A DNA stretch of 40,393 nt from Thermoplasmata archaeon (GTDB taxonomy: Archaea; Thermoplasmatota; Thermoplasmata; Lutacidiplasmatales; UBA184), in the NCBI GenBank assembly GCA_030040915.1, contig JASHSI010000040.1, positions 1 to 40,393 on the forward strand, read 5' to 3'. This document shows positions 18,323-26,237 of this stretch, in pieces. Position numbers and translations under genes: made by a program. The notes beneath the pieces were generated by a model. That model searched no databases. It was given only the letters and a program-made list of their open reading frames with translations, and was not told the origin of the DNA. Position 1 is the stretch's first letter. Every line of letters begins with the position of its first letter.

Positions 18323-19142
18323 CGGCCACCCCAGGAATCGCTACTCGGTCCGCTCCCACGGCGTCCTCGCCCTCGACGGTCGAGAAGGATCCGAGATCCT
18401 GAGGTCGGCCCGGGCCCAGCTCCTCGAGTACTCGACCGGCGACCTCGCGGACGCACGAGTGGAACGCGTCATCCGGCGCGAACATCCCCTCTCGTTCGAG
18501 GTGTCGACATCGGAGGGTCAGCGCTTCGCCTCCCGTCGGCTCATCCTGGCCACCGGACTCGTCGACCAGCGGCCCGGGATCCCCGGCCTCGAGGAACGAT
18601 GGGGGAAGTCCGTCTTCCACTGCCCGTACTGCGACGGCTACGAGTTCGGCGGGGCCCCCATCGGCGTGCTCGCCACGGTCCCGCTCTCCGTCCACTTCGC
18701 CGAGATCGTCGCGGACTGGGGCGACGTGACGCTGTTCACGAACGGGTCGATCGCGGTCGACGCCGCGGGGCGGGCGGGCCTTCGGCGGCGCGGGGTGCGG
18801 TTGGAAGAGGGCGTCGTCACCGCCTTAGAGGGGGGTTCCAACGGGGGCCTCGAGCTCGTCCGATTGGAGGGCGGAGGGACCGTACCGATCCGGGCACTGT
18901 TCATCGCCACGCTCTTCCAACAGGCGGCGCCCTTCGCGCAGGACCTCGGTTGCGAACTCACGGAACATCCGAGGGGCCCGCTGGTCCGGACGGACGAATC
19001 GAAACGGACGACCGTCGACGGGGTGTACGCGGCGGGCGACATGGCCCGGCCCACCCACAGCATCCCGTCCGCGATCGCGGACGGGGCCACGGCCGGCACG
19101 AGCGCTCACCAGTCGCTGGTGGTCGAGACGACCGATCCGTGA
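18228..19142 (+). CDS. Thioredoxin-reductase-like NAD(P)/FAD oxidoreductase
   Basis: VVGGSFAGLSAA, ILATG, HCPYCDG redox motif, TTVDGVYAAGD; purine-rich RBS (GGAGG) upstream. Confidence 0.9.
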   Translation: MEDVIVVGGSFAGLSAAMYLARARRRLLVADSGHPRNRYSVRSHGVLALDGREGSEILRSARAQLLEYSTGDLADARVERVIRREHPLSFEVSTSEGQRFASRRLILATGLVDQRPGIPGLEERWGKSVFHCPYCDGYEFGGAPIGVLATVPLSVHFAEIVADWGDVTLFTNGSIAVDAAGRAGLRRRGVRLEEGVVTALEGGSNGGLELVRLEGGGTVPIRALFIATLFQQAAPFAQDLGCELTEHPRGPLVRTDESKRTTVDGVYAAGDMARPTHSIPSAIADGATAGTSAHQSLVVETTDP

Positions 19143-19152
19143 GCCGAGCGCT

Positions 19153-19584
19153 TCAGCCCACCGCCTTCTTGATGAGCGCGGAGATGCGGGCCTCGTCGGC
19201 CGCGGTCAGCGCCTTCACCGCGAAGTACGTCGGCCAGATCGTGCCGTCGTCCAGCTTGGCCCGGTCGTTGAAGCCGAGCGTTCCGTACCTTGCCCCGAAC
19301 TTGCTCGCGGGCTGAAAGAAGCACAGCACATCGCCCTGCACCGAGTAGGCGGGCATGCCGTACCAGAGCCTCGGAGAGAGCCCGGGGGCCGAGGTGGTGA
19401 TGATCGCGTGGAGGCGCTGGCCCATCGAGCGGTCCGGCTCGGGGAATCCCGCGATCTTGGCGAGGACGGCGCGCTCGTCCTCCGCGCGGTTCTTTCCCCA
19501 CACGACCTTTCGTTCCTGGACGACCTCCCGCGCCGCGGCTCGCTCCTCGGTGGTGAATCCCTTGGCGCCCTTCCTGGCGGGCAT
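19153..19584 (-). CDS. DUF1801 (YdhG-like) protein
   Basis: GFTTEERAA, RLHAII, PRLWYGMPAY, CFFQPASKF, RYGTLGF and WPTYFA motifs. Confidence 0.82.
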   Translation of the reverse strand: MPARKGAKGFTTEERAAAREVVQERKVVWGKNRAEDERAVLAKIAGFPEPDRSMGQRLHAIITTSAPGLSPRLWYGMPAYSVQGDVLCFFQPASKFGARYGTLGFNDRAKLDDGTIWPTYFAVKALTAADEARISALIKKAVG

Positions 19585-19610
19585 GGTCGGTCTCGAGCGG
19601 GGGGCGACCC

Positions 19611-20009
19611 TTAGACTTTGCGAGCTCCGCCGTTCCTCGGTCCGACGGCCCGATGCCTCCGGGCGGCGTTCCGCACGAGCTTCTCGATGAGCGGGATCGG
19701 AACCGGCTGATCGAGCGCGAATCGAAGGGCGGATTTCGAGCCCCGGTACTTGGCGACCGCGCGGGCGTGGGGGTCAAGGTCCCTGGGCCGAAAGTAGACC
19801 CCTAGGCTCGCCCTCTGGAGCCCAAAATAGCAGAGCCGTCGTTCGATGCCGGCCTCTCCCTTGTAGCTGTAGAACGGCAGGCCGTAGCTGATGCTCTCGT
19901 CGGCTCCGGGCGCGGCCCTCCGAATGGCCGCCCGGACCTTCCGCAAGAGAGACCGCGTTCCAGCCGGAGCGGCCCGGATGTACTCATCGACGCTCTTCAA
20001 GACGGGCAT
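19611..20009 (-). CDS. DUF1801 (YdhG-like) protein
   Basis: SVDEYI, VRAAIRRAAPGADESISYGLPFY and KSALRF..DQPVP..LIEKLV motifs. Confidence 0.82.
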   Translation of the reverse strand: MPVLKSVDEYIRAAPAGTRSLLRKVRAAIRRAAPGADESISYGLPFYSYKGEAGIERRLCYFGLQRASLGVYFRPRDLDPHARAVAKYRGSKSALRFALDQPVPIPLIEKLVRNAARRHRAVGPRNGGARKV

Positions 20010-20145
20010 CGAGGGCCCTGATCGCTATTGAACGTTCTCGCGTGGGTTCGAGCGTCGGACGACGGGGGGTTGCCCGAGCTCAAGCCCGTAGGGCACAGCG
20101 ACGTTCCCTATCGAGCCGCTGAGCGAACGGTCCAGTGCGAACAGA

Positions 20146-20358
20146 CTAGCCATCGAGCATGAGCGTTCGAGCGTGACGGCGGGCCGAGGTACCTGAGCGC
20201 CAGAGCACCAGACCGATCGTGATCCCAAGGACCCCAGCCGGAAGAAACGGTGTGAACGGGTCAAGGAGCAGCAACCAGCTGATCAGACCGCCGATCAGGA
20301 TGATCGACCCTCCGATCAACAGGTACGTTCCGACGGCACGCCGGATTACCCCTGCCAT
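20146..20358 (-). CDS. Small two-TM membrane protein
   Basis: 70-aa ORF with two hydrophobic helices and a basic tail; no recognised family. Confidence 0.5.
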   Translation of the reverse strand: MAGVIRRAVGTYLLIGGSIILIGGLISWLLLLDPFTPFLPAGVLGITIGLVLWRSGTSARRHARTLMLDG

Positions 20359-20711
20359 CGTACCGTCATTTCCCGAGGCCCATGTTTAGCTGTCGGAGGA
20401 CGGTTGAAACCGTTGCCTTCGTCCGGGTCGACCAAGATGGCCGCCGGCGGTTGCGAGAGAGGAGGGGGCGCGACCCCTCCTTCGGGGGGGCTGAGCCCCG
20501 GCGGGCGGGCGCCTTCCAATCGTGTCCCCGACATCGCGATGGACCGACGTGTATCCAGCCGAGACCTCCTGCGCCTCAACGAACGGAGGGAGGTGACCCG
20601 TTGGCCGCATCCCTCTCGGAAGGGCCGGCGGCCGGGTCCGGTCGGCTGGTTCGAGAGCGGGAGTGCTCCCGATCACGATCGGCAGCCGGGCGAGGATTCC
20701 GATGATTGGAA

Positions 20712-20783
20712 TGGACACGGGGGGATTTGAACCCCCGGCCTCTGCTTTGCGAAAGCAGCGATCTTCCGCTGATCTACGTGCCC
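20712..20783 (-). tRNA. tRNA-Ala(CGC), intronless, CCA not encoded
   Basis: GGGCACG/CGTGTCC acceptor stem with G3:U70, anticodon arm CTGCT-TTCGCAA-AGCAG, T-loop TTCAAAT, discriminator A. Confidence 0.96.
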
Positions 20784-21454
20784 TTGGCCGCCGTCGACGT
20801 AGGAGGAGCCATAAGCGTTACCGAGGCGGGCTTTCGCCGGGAGCGCGGAGGGGCGAGGTTCGCCACGGGCGGCTCCGACCCTGTCGGCGTCGGGGTCGGC
20901 GAGGGGGGCACGCCGCTTCCCTTCGCGGAACCCTCCTCCGGTCCGGCGGGCGGACCCTTTCGCCCACCGCCGGCGGCCCGTCCCGTTCGGCGGGCCGGGA
21001 GCAGGAGATGCTCGTCCGAGTCGTACCGGAACAGGTCGGCGTACCTCCCCCAGTTGATGATGTTCTGGACGAACTCGTCGGCCGGCGCGGTCGTGAACGA
21101 GATGAGCTGGAGCATCTCCTCCTCGGTGAGCCGCCGCTCCGGCGCGCTTTCGAGCGCGCGGAGGAGCGCCTTGAACAGCGCGGTCTTCGCGAGCTGCTCG
21201 CGGACGATCTCCTTGCGAGCGTTGATCGACCCGGCGAGCAGCTTGCGGCCGAGGTCGCTCAAGACGGCCCGGCCCTCGGAGACCTTCAGGAGCCCGAGGA
21301 GCTGGGCATAGTCCACGGAGGGCAGGATCTCGTCGATCTCGAGGTCGAGGTCGTCGGCGAGACGGGCGATCTCCTCGTTCCCCTTGTGGTTCCCCAGGAG
21401 GACCACGAGCCCGAGCATCTCGGTCGGGGAGCACTTGGGGTAGACCGTTGGCAC
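20774..21454 (-). CDS. Stand-alone AAA-associated C-terminal domain protein of a NitT/TauT ABC system
   Basis: LADDLDLEIDEILP...AQLLG and INWGRYADLFRYD motifs; Pro-rich tail; TATA-like CTTATATG near 21498-21505. Confidence 0.8.
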   Translation of the reverse strand: MPTVYPKCSPTEMLGLVVLLGNHKGNEEIARLADDLDLEIDEILPSVDYAQLLGLLKVSEGRAVLSDLGRKLLAGSINARKEIVREQLAKTALFKALLRALESAPERRLTEEEMLQLISFTTAPADEFVQNIINWGRYADLFRYDSDEHLLLPARRTGRAAGGGRKGPPAGPEEGSAKGSGVPPSPTPTPTGSEPPVANLAPPRSRRKPASVTLMAPPTSTAAKGT

Positions 21455-21531
21455 GTTCCCTCTTCGCTACGCGGGGCGTCCGCGGATGGTTTGGGGCATA
21501 TAAGAGGGCCGAACGACGGCCAGAGGGCGGT

Positions 21532-22395
21532 TCACGTCTCCCCCGGGGCCGAGGTCCCGGCCCGCCCCGGGGTCGGTTCGGCCGGCCCCTTCGGAACGCC
21601 GGCCGCCCCGGCGAGCGGGGGGGCTCCGGCCGGGTCGAACTTCCCCTCGGTGATGAGGGAGTAGACGTAGTCGGTGAGGGCGTAGAACGCCTCGGACTTC
21701 CGGTCCCGGGGTCTCGGGAGGTTCACGAGGACCCCGGCGAGGACCCGGCCCGGGCGGCGGGAGAGCACGAGGACCCGGTCGGCCATGGAAAGCGCCTCCT
21801 CGATGTTGTGGGTCACGAGGACGACCGCCTCCGGGGGGAGGTTCGGGTCCTGCCAGAGCTGGAGGACCTCCTCGCGGAGGCTCTCCGCGGTGAGCGGGTC
21901 GAGCGCGCTGAACGGCTCGTCCATCAGGAGGACGGCCGGATCGATCGCCAGCGCGCGAGCGAGCCCGACCCGCTGTCGCATCCCCCCGGAGAGCTCCCTC
22001 GGGTAGGCTTCCTCGAACCCGGTGAGGCCGGTGACGTTGATGTAGCGCTCCGTCTGGGCGTCGATCCGCGCCGGGTCCCATCCGCGCGCCTCGAGGCCGA
22101 GGCCGACGTTCTCCTTTACCGTGAGCCACGGGAAGAGGGCGAAGCTCTGGAAGACCATCGCCATCTCGTGGTTCGGCCCGGTCACCGGCGCTCCACGGAA
22201 GCGGATCTCGCCTCCGTTCGGCCGGTCGAGCCCCTGCATCAGACGCAGCAGCGTCGATTTGCCGCAGCCCGAGGGCCCGACGATGGCGAGGAAGTCGTTG
22301 TTCGCGACCGAGAAGGAGATGTCCGTCATGATGGTGATCGAGCCGTGGCGCGAGGCGAACGACTTCTGCACCCCGTCGACCTCGATGAGCGCCAT
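21532..22395 (-). CDS. NitT/TauT-family ABC transporter ATP-binding protein
   Basis: GPSGCGKST, FQSFALFPWLTV, LSGGMRQRV, MDEPFSALD and VTHNIEEA motifs; GGAGG RBS. Confidence 0.94.
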   Translation of the reverse strand: MALIEVDGVQKSFASRHGSITIMTDISFSVANNDFLAIVGPSGCGKSTLLRLMQGLDRPNGGEIRFRGAPVTGPNHEMAMVFQSFALFPWLTVKENVGLGLEARGWDPARIDAQTERYINVTGLTGFEEAYPRELSGGMRQRVGLARALAIDPAVLLMDEPFSALDPLTAESLREEVLQLWQDPNLPPEAVVLVTHNIEEALSMADRVLVLSRRPGRVLAGVLVNLPRPRDRKSEAFYALTDYVYSLITEGKFDPAGAPPLAGAAGVPKGPAEPTPGRAGTSAPGET

Positions 22396-22420
22396 CCTCC
22401 CTCCTTCGCTTCCGGGCCCG

Positions 22421-24214
22421 CTAGTCGTAGCGGTACTTCTCGACCGCCCTCCGGTAGAGGGGCTTCCAGAGAACCTCGTTCACGACGACCACGGTGAGGA
22501 CCATCGTGAACAGCGCCAGGACCATCAGCGGCAGTCCGGCCTCGGGGGGAAGGTTCAGGAAACTGGGCTCCTTGTTCCCGATGTCGATGAGCTGCCCGAT
22601 CCCGAGCGTTTGGAACGGAGACTGCCCGTTCGGGTTCTGCAGGTACTCCGCGATCACGAGGGCGTTCCAACCTCCCCCGAGCGCCGTGATCGACCCGGTG
22701 ACGAACGCCGGGAACAGGGCCGGGAGGAGGAGGCGGCGCCGGTACTCGGCGCCGGCGAGCCCGTAGGAACGGGCGGCCTCGTCGAGGTCCGGCGGCATCG
22801 ACCGGACCCCGGAGAGGAGATTGAAGAACAGGTACCAGACCATCCCGGTGAGCAGCATCAGGATCGAGGTCGCCTCCGTCCCGATCACCGGGTACAGCAC
22901 GAAAATGAACGCAGGGAACAGCGCGGTCGCCGGCACCGAGGCGACGATCTCCACGGCGGGGAGCCCGTAGCGGGAGGCCCTCGGGCTCCGGGCGATCGCC
23001 AGCGCGAGCGGGAGCGCGATCGCGAGCGAGATCGCGTACGCGGCCACGAGGCGGGCCCCGGAGAGACCGAGCGCGAGCGGGATGCTCTCGATCTGGTGGC
23101 GGACCGGAAGGTAGATCGGCCCCGTGAGGACGTGGTAGACGTCGACCCCGAGGGTGATCAGGAGGAGCCAGACCAGGACCAGGATCGTCCCGAGGGCGGC
23201 CGAGCGCGCCGCCGACTTCCAGAACGGACGGTGGCGGGCGGGTCGCCCTTGCGCGGCCCGGCTCGCGAGCGCCACGAACGGCGTGCTGAGCCGGGTGACC
23301 CCCGTGGTGAACCCCCGCCGGACGTAGCTCACGGCCCGGACGAGCGGGGCCCGTCCCTTCGGCCCGCCGGTGACGAGACCCTCGCCGCTCGGGCTCGTGT
23401 CGTACCGGTACTTCTCGGCCCACCGCCCGAGCGGCCGCCAGACCCAAATGTCCATCGCGGCGATGAGCGCGACGAGGACCGCGAGGCCGACCAGGAGCTT
23501 CGTGCCGTTGCTCTGCGCCGCGGCGTTCAACAGGTAGGTACCGATCCCCGGCAGGGCCGTCGTGCGAGATGCGGTGGAGATGAGCTCCGCCGCCACGAGG
23601 AAGTACCACCCGCCCGTCCACGAAAGGACCGAGTTGTAGACGAGCCGGTTCGTCGTTGCCGGGAGGAGGACCCGGCGGAGCCGCTGCCACCCGTGCACGT
23701 CGAACGTCTGGGCGGCCTCCTTGAGGTCGCTCGGGACCGACTTCAGGGATTCGTACACCCCGAAGACCATGTTCCAGGACATCGAGGTGAAGATGAGGAA
23801 GATCGAGGCGAGATTCGCCCCGATCGGGCTCCCCGGGGTCAGGCTGACGAACACGGCGATCGCCACGGGAAAGAACCCGAGGATCGGGACCGACTGCAGG
23901 ATGTCGAGGACCGGGATCAGGACCCGTTCGCCGGCCCGGTACGTGGCGGCGAAATAGCCGTAGACGAGCGCGAAGCCGAGGGAGAGAAGGTAGGCGATGA
24001 GCATCCGGGTGAACGAGTAGCCGAGGTCCGGGAGCGCGAGACGAAGATCGGCGGCGATCTGGGGGAGACCGGAACCGCTCGCGACCGCGGCGACGGGGAG
24101 CGCGAACGCGCCCGCCAAGAGCCCGAGCGACCAGTAGACGCTGCGGGCGCGTCGGGCTCCGCCCGCGGCGGCCGGGCCGGTCGAGAGATTCGGGTCGGGA
24201 CCGGCCCCCTGCAC
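22421..24214 (-). CDS. NitT/TauT-family ABC transporter permease (two fused TM domains)
   Basis: LDILQSVPILGFFP, WNMVF, DLKEAA and DLDEAA EAA loops, GGWNAL. GTG 24214 chosen because the ORF-track start at 24424 falls inside tRNA-Gln. Confidence 0.88.
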   Translation of the reverse strand: MQGAGPDPNLSTGPAAAGGARRARSVYWSLGLLAGAFALPVAAVASGSGLPQIAADLRLALPDLGYSFTRMLIAYLLSLGFALVYGYFAATYRAGERVLIPVLDILQSVPILGFFPVAIAVFVSLTPGSPIGANLASIFLIFTSMSWNMVFGVYESLKSVPSDLKEAAQTFDVHGWQRLRRVLLPATTNRLVYNSVLSWTGGWYFLVAAELISTASRTTALPGIGTYLLNAAAQSNGTKLLVGLAVLVALIAAMDIWVWRPLGRWAEKYRYDTSPSGEGLVTGGPKGRAPLVRAVSYVRRGFTTGVTRLSTPFVALASRAAQGRPARHRPFWKSAARSAALGTILVLVWLLLITLGVDVYHVLTGPIYLPVRHQIESIPLALGLSGARLVAAYAISLAIALPLALAIARSPRASRYGLPAVEIVASVPATALFPAFIFVLYPVIGTEATSILMLLTGMVWYLFFNLLSGVRSMPPDLDEAARSYGLAGAEYRRRLLLPALFPAFVTGSITALGGGWNALVIAEYLQNPNGQSPFQTLGIGQLIDIGNKEPSFLNLPPEAGLPLMVLALFTMVLTVVVVNEVLWKPLYRRAVEKYRYD

Positions 24215-24370
24215 CCCCGCCCCCGGCTCAGGAGCTCTCCCTGCGCCCGAGGAGAGAGGCTGGCCGCGTGGGCGACCGTTCCTCCCTATATCTGACTTCG
24301 GGCGGGCGAGCGTGCTCCGGGCACGAGTTCGGGTCGGCCGGGAGCGTGCGGGCCCGGTGACTCGGCAACG

Positions 24371-24376
24371 TTTATC
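24371..24376 (+). promoter_or_regulatory. TATA-like element for the tRNA-Gln/tRNA-Leu pair
   Basis: TTTATC about 30 nt upstream of the tRNA-Gln 5' end. Confidence 0.5.
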
Positions 24377-24402
24377 TCCCCACCTCGGCTCGACCGGGCC
24401 GT

Positions 24403-24509
24403 AGCCCCGTAGTGTAGTGGCCAATCATGCGAGACTCTGGATCTCGCGACGCAGGTTCGAACGCCCCGGGGGCCCACCTCCCTGGGGGCCGGAAATCCTG
24501 CCGGGGCTA
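24403..24509 (+). tRNA. tRNA-Gln(CTG) with a 34-nt intron at 59/60 (24462-24495)
   Basis: AGCCCCG/CGGGGCT acceptor (A1-U72, typical of archaeal Gln), anticodon arm CGAGA-CTCTGGA-TCTCG, T-stem GCAGG/CCTGC. Removing the intron restores TTCGAAT and a 73-nt tRNA; the junctions form a BHB. Confidence 0.92.
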
Positions 24510-24542
24510 CTCCGGCCCTTTCGAGCGGCTCGATATCCCATT

Positions 24543-24687
24543 GCGGGGGTGCTCCAGCTCGGCCAAACCGGTCCTCTCGAGGACCGGGGCCTCCGAGGCA
24601 GGGCTTAGGACCCTGTTGCCTAGGGCATTCGCCGGTTCAAAGGGTGGGACGGCCCCGGCCGTCCCCCGGGAACTCCGGCCCCCCGCA
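24543..24687 (+). tRNA. tRNA-Leu(TAG) with two introns: 27 nt at 21/22 (24567-24593) and 32 nt at 59/60 (24642-24673)
   Basis: GCGGGGG/CCCCCGC acceptor plus A73, anticodon arm CAGGG-CTTAGGA-CCCTG, variable arm TGCC-TAG-GGCA, T-stem GCCGG/CCGGC. Splicing gives an 86-nt tRNA with D-stem CTC/GAG and T-loop TTCAAAT. Confidence 0.9.
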
Positions 24688-24742
24688 CCTCGCCGTCGTC
24701 GATGAGCCACAGGGATCGTCGGTCCGTGGTGAAGGAGACCGT

Positions 24743-25633
24743 TTGCTCGAACCCCCCGAACTCCTCCGGCTCGAACCGGAGGCGGCCGACGAGCTCCTCG
24801 ACCGGTTGATCGCGACCGTTCCGCTGCGAAGGCCGTTCGTCGGGGTCCCGGATGCCCCCGGGACGACGGCGACGGTGTTCGGCGACACGCACGGCGACTG
24901 GCGCTCGACGCTCGCCGCGTGCACGCGCTTCCTCGCCGATCCCGGCCGCTCCTTCTTGGTGGGGCTCGGGGACTACATCGATCGGGCCCCGGCCGACTGC
25001 GGCGAAGGGTCGGTCGCGAACGCCCTCTACCTCCTCCAGCTCGCCGCCGAGTACCCCGACCGGGTCCTCCTGATCCAGGGGAACCACGAGACCCACCGGA
25101 AGATCCCGGTCCTCCCCCACGAGCTCCCGGAAGAGGTCGACCAGTTGTGGGGACCGGTGGAGGAGCGCTACTGGCGTCTCCTCGAGCTACTCGAGCGGGG
25201 CCCCCTCGCCGCGACGACGGGGAGCGGGGCGTACCTCGCCCACGGGGGATTCCCGTTGGCGCCGGGAGACGTCCCCTTCCCCCAGGAGCTCCTCGCGCCG
25301 ACCGACGATGGACTGGCCGAGGTCGTCTGGGGCGAGCCGGCGGCGAGCCGATCCCACCGGGGGTTCGTGCGGCCGTTCACCGAGGAGGAGCTCGACCGGT
25401 TCCGACGACGCAGCGGGACCTCCGTCTTCGTGCGGGGCCACGACCCGGACCTTACGGGACGGCCGATCTACCACGGGCACTGCCTGACCTTGCACACCTC
25501 GAGGCTGTACGAGCGGTTCGGCGGCGTCGTCGTCGCCCGCCTCCCGATGGGGGAGCGGGTGGAGGACTGCTCCGGGATCCAGATCGACCACCTTGAGACG
25601 GAAGGACGCAGCTACCCGGAGCCCGGCGGGTAG
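24743..25633 (+). CDS. Calcineurin-like metallophosphoesterase (PPP-type Ser/Thr phosphatase)
   Basis: GDTHG, GDYIDR, GNHE, HGG and RGHD motifs. TTG 24743 follows a GGTGAAGGAG RBS; the ORF-track start at 24644 lies inside the tRNA-Leu intron. Confidence 0.85.
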   Translation: MLEPPELLRLEPEAADELLDRLIATVPLRRPFVGVPDAPGTTATVFGDTHGDWRSTLAACTRFLADPGRSFLVGLGDYIDRAPADCGEGSVANALYLLQLAAEYPDRVLLIQGNHETHRKIPVLPHELPEEVDQLWGPVEERYWRLLELLERGPLAATTGSGAYLAHGGFPLAPGDVPFPQELLAPTDDGLAEVVWGEPAASRSHRGFVRPFTEEELDRFRRRSGTSVFVRGHDPDLTGRPIYHGHCLTLHTSRLYERFGGVVVARLPMGERVEDCSGIQIDHLETEGRSYPEPGG

Positions 25634-25655
25634 CCGGTCCCGCGTGGCCCGATCC

Positions 25656-26237
25656 CTATCGGGAGGGGCCGCCCCCGTAGACCCGTCGCTCGGCCTCCAC
25701 GATCGCGTCGGGGCCGTCGGCGCCGACGAACTCTCCGAGCGCCTTCGCGTTCACGCGGCGGAACGCCTCCCCCCCCGCGAACCCCTCGAGGAGCCGGTCC
25801 GCCTGCTCGGGGTACCCGAGGATCCGGACGCCGGCCGAGAACGCCTCGGCGGTGTTGAGCTCGCCGACCCGGCCGAAGTGCTGGGGATTCGTCGCGAGGA
25901 GCCAGGGGAGGCGGCGCCGTTCCTTGATCCGGACCAGATCGCCCGCTCCGGGGTAGCCGCCCCGGGCCCCGAACCGGTTCCACGAACAGTCGACGCCGAG
26001 GAGGCCCCCCCGCTGCGCCGACCGCCAATCGGCCGAGGAGAGGGGGAGGTCGGCGCGTGGATCGAGGAGGACCGGCGGGGGGAACAGGCGGGCGGCGCTC
26101 CCGATCGGACGGACGAGGCCGAAGCGGACGAGCCGCCGGCCCGTGCAGGCCCGGGGGCGGTCCTCGGAGGCGAGCAGGAGGAAGAGGGGGACGCCCGCGC
26201 TAGCGGTACGGTTCCGCGTGCTCCCGGAAGATCGCAT
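25656..26237 (-). CDS. tsr3: 16S rRNA aminocarboxypropyltransferase Tsr3 (DUF367)
   Basis: D.PRACTGRRL, LSSAD, VDCSW and RRLPWLLATNP..FG...ELNTAEAF motifs. Start uncertain because it overlaps the aldolase 3' end. Confidence 0.8.
   Translation of the reverse strand: MRSSGSTRNRTASAGVPLFLLLASEDRPRACTGRRLVRFGLVRPIGSAARLFPPPVLLDPRADLPLSSADWRSAQRGGLLGVDCSWNRFGARGGYPGAGDLVRIKERRRLPWLLATNPQHFGRVGELNTAEAFSAGVRILGYPEQADRLLEGFAGGEAFRRVNAKALGEFVGADGPDAIVEAERRVYGGGPSR

Noticed and set aside
24215-24424. ORF-track N-terminal extension of the ABC permease
   Set aside because: It overlaps tRNA-Gln and its promoter, and the sequence is low-complexity and R/P-rich.
24644-24742. ORF-track N-terminus of the phosphatase
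   Set aside because: It starts inside the tRNA-Leu T-loop intron; an RBS-preceded TTG at 24743 fits better.
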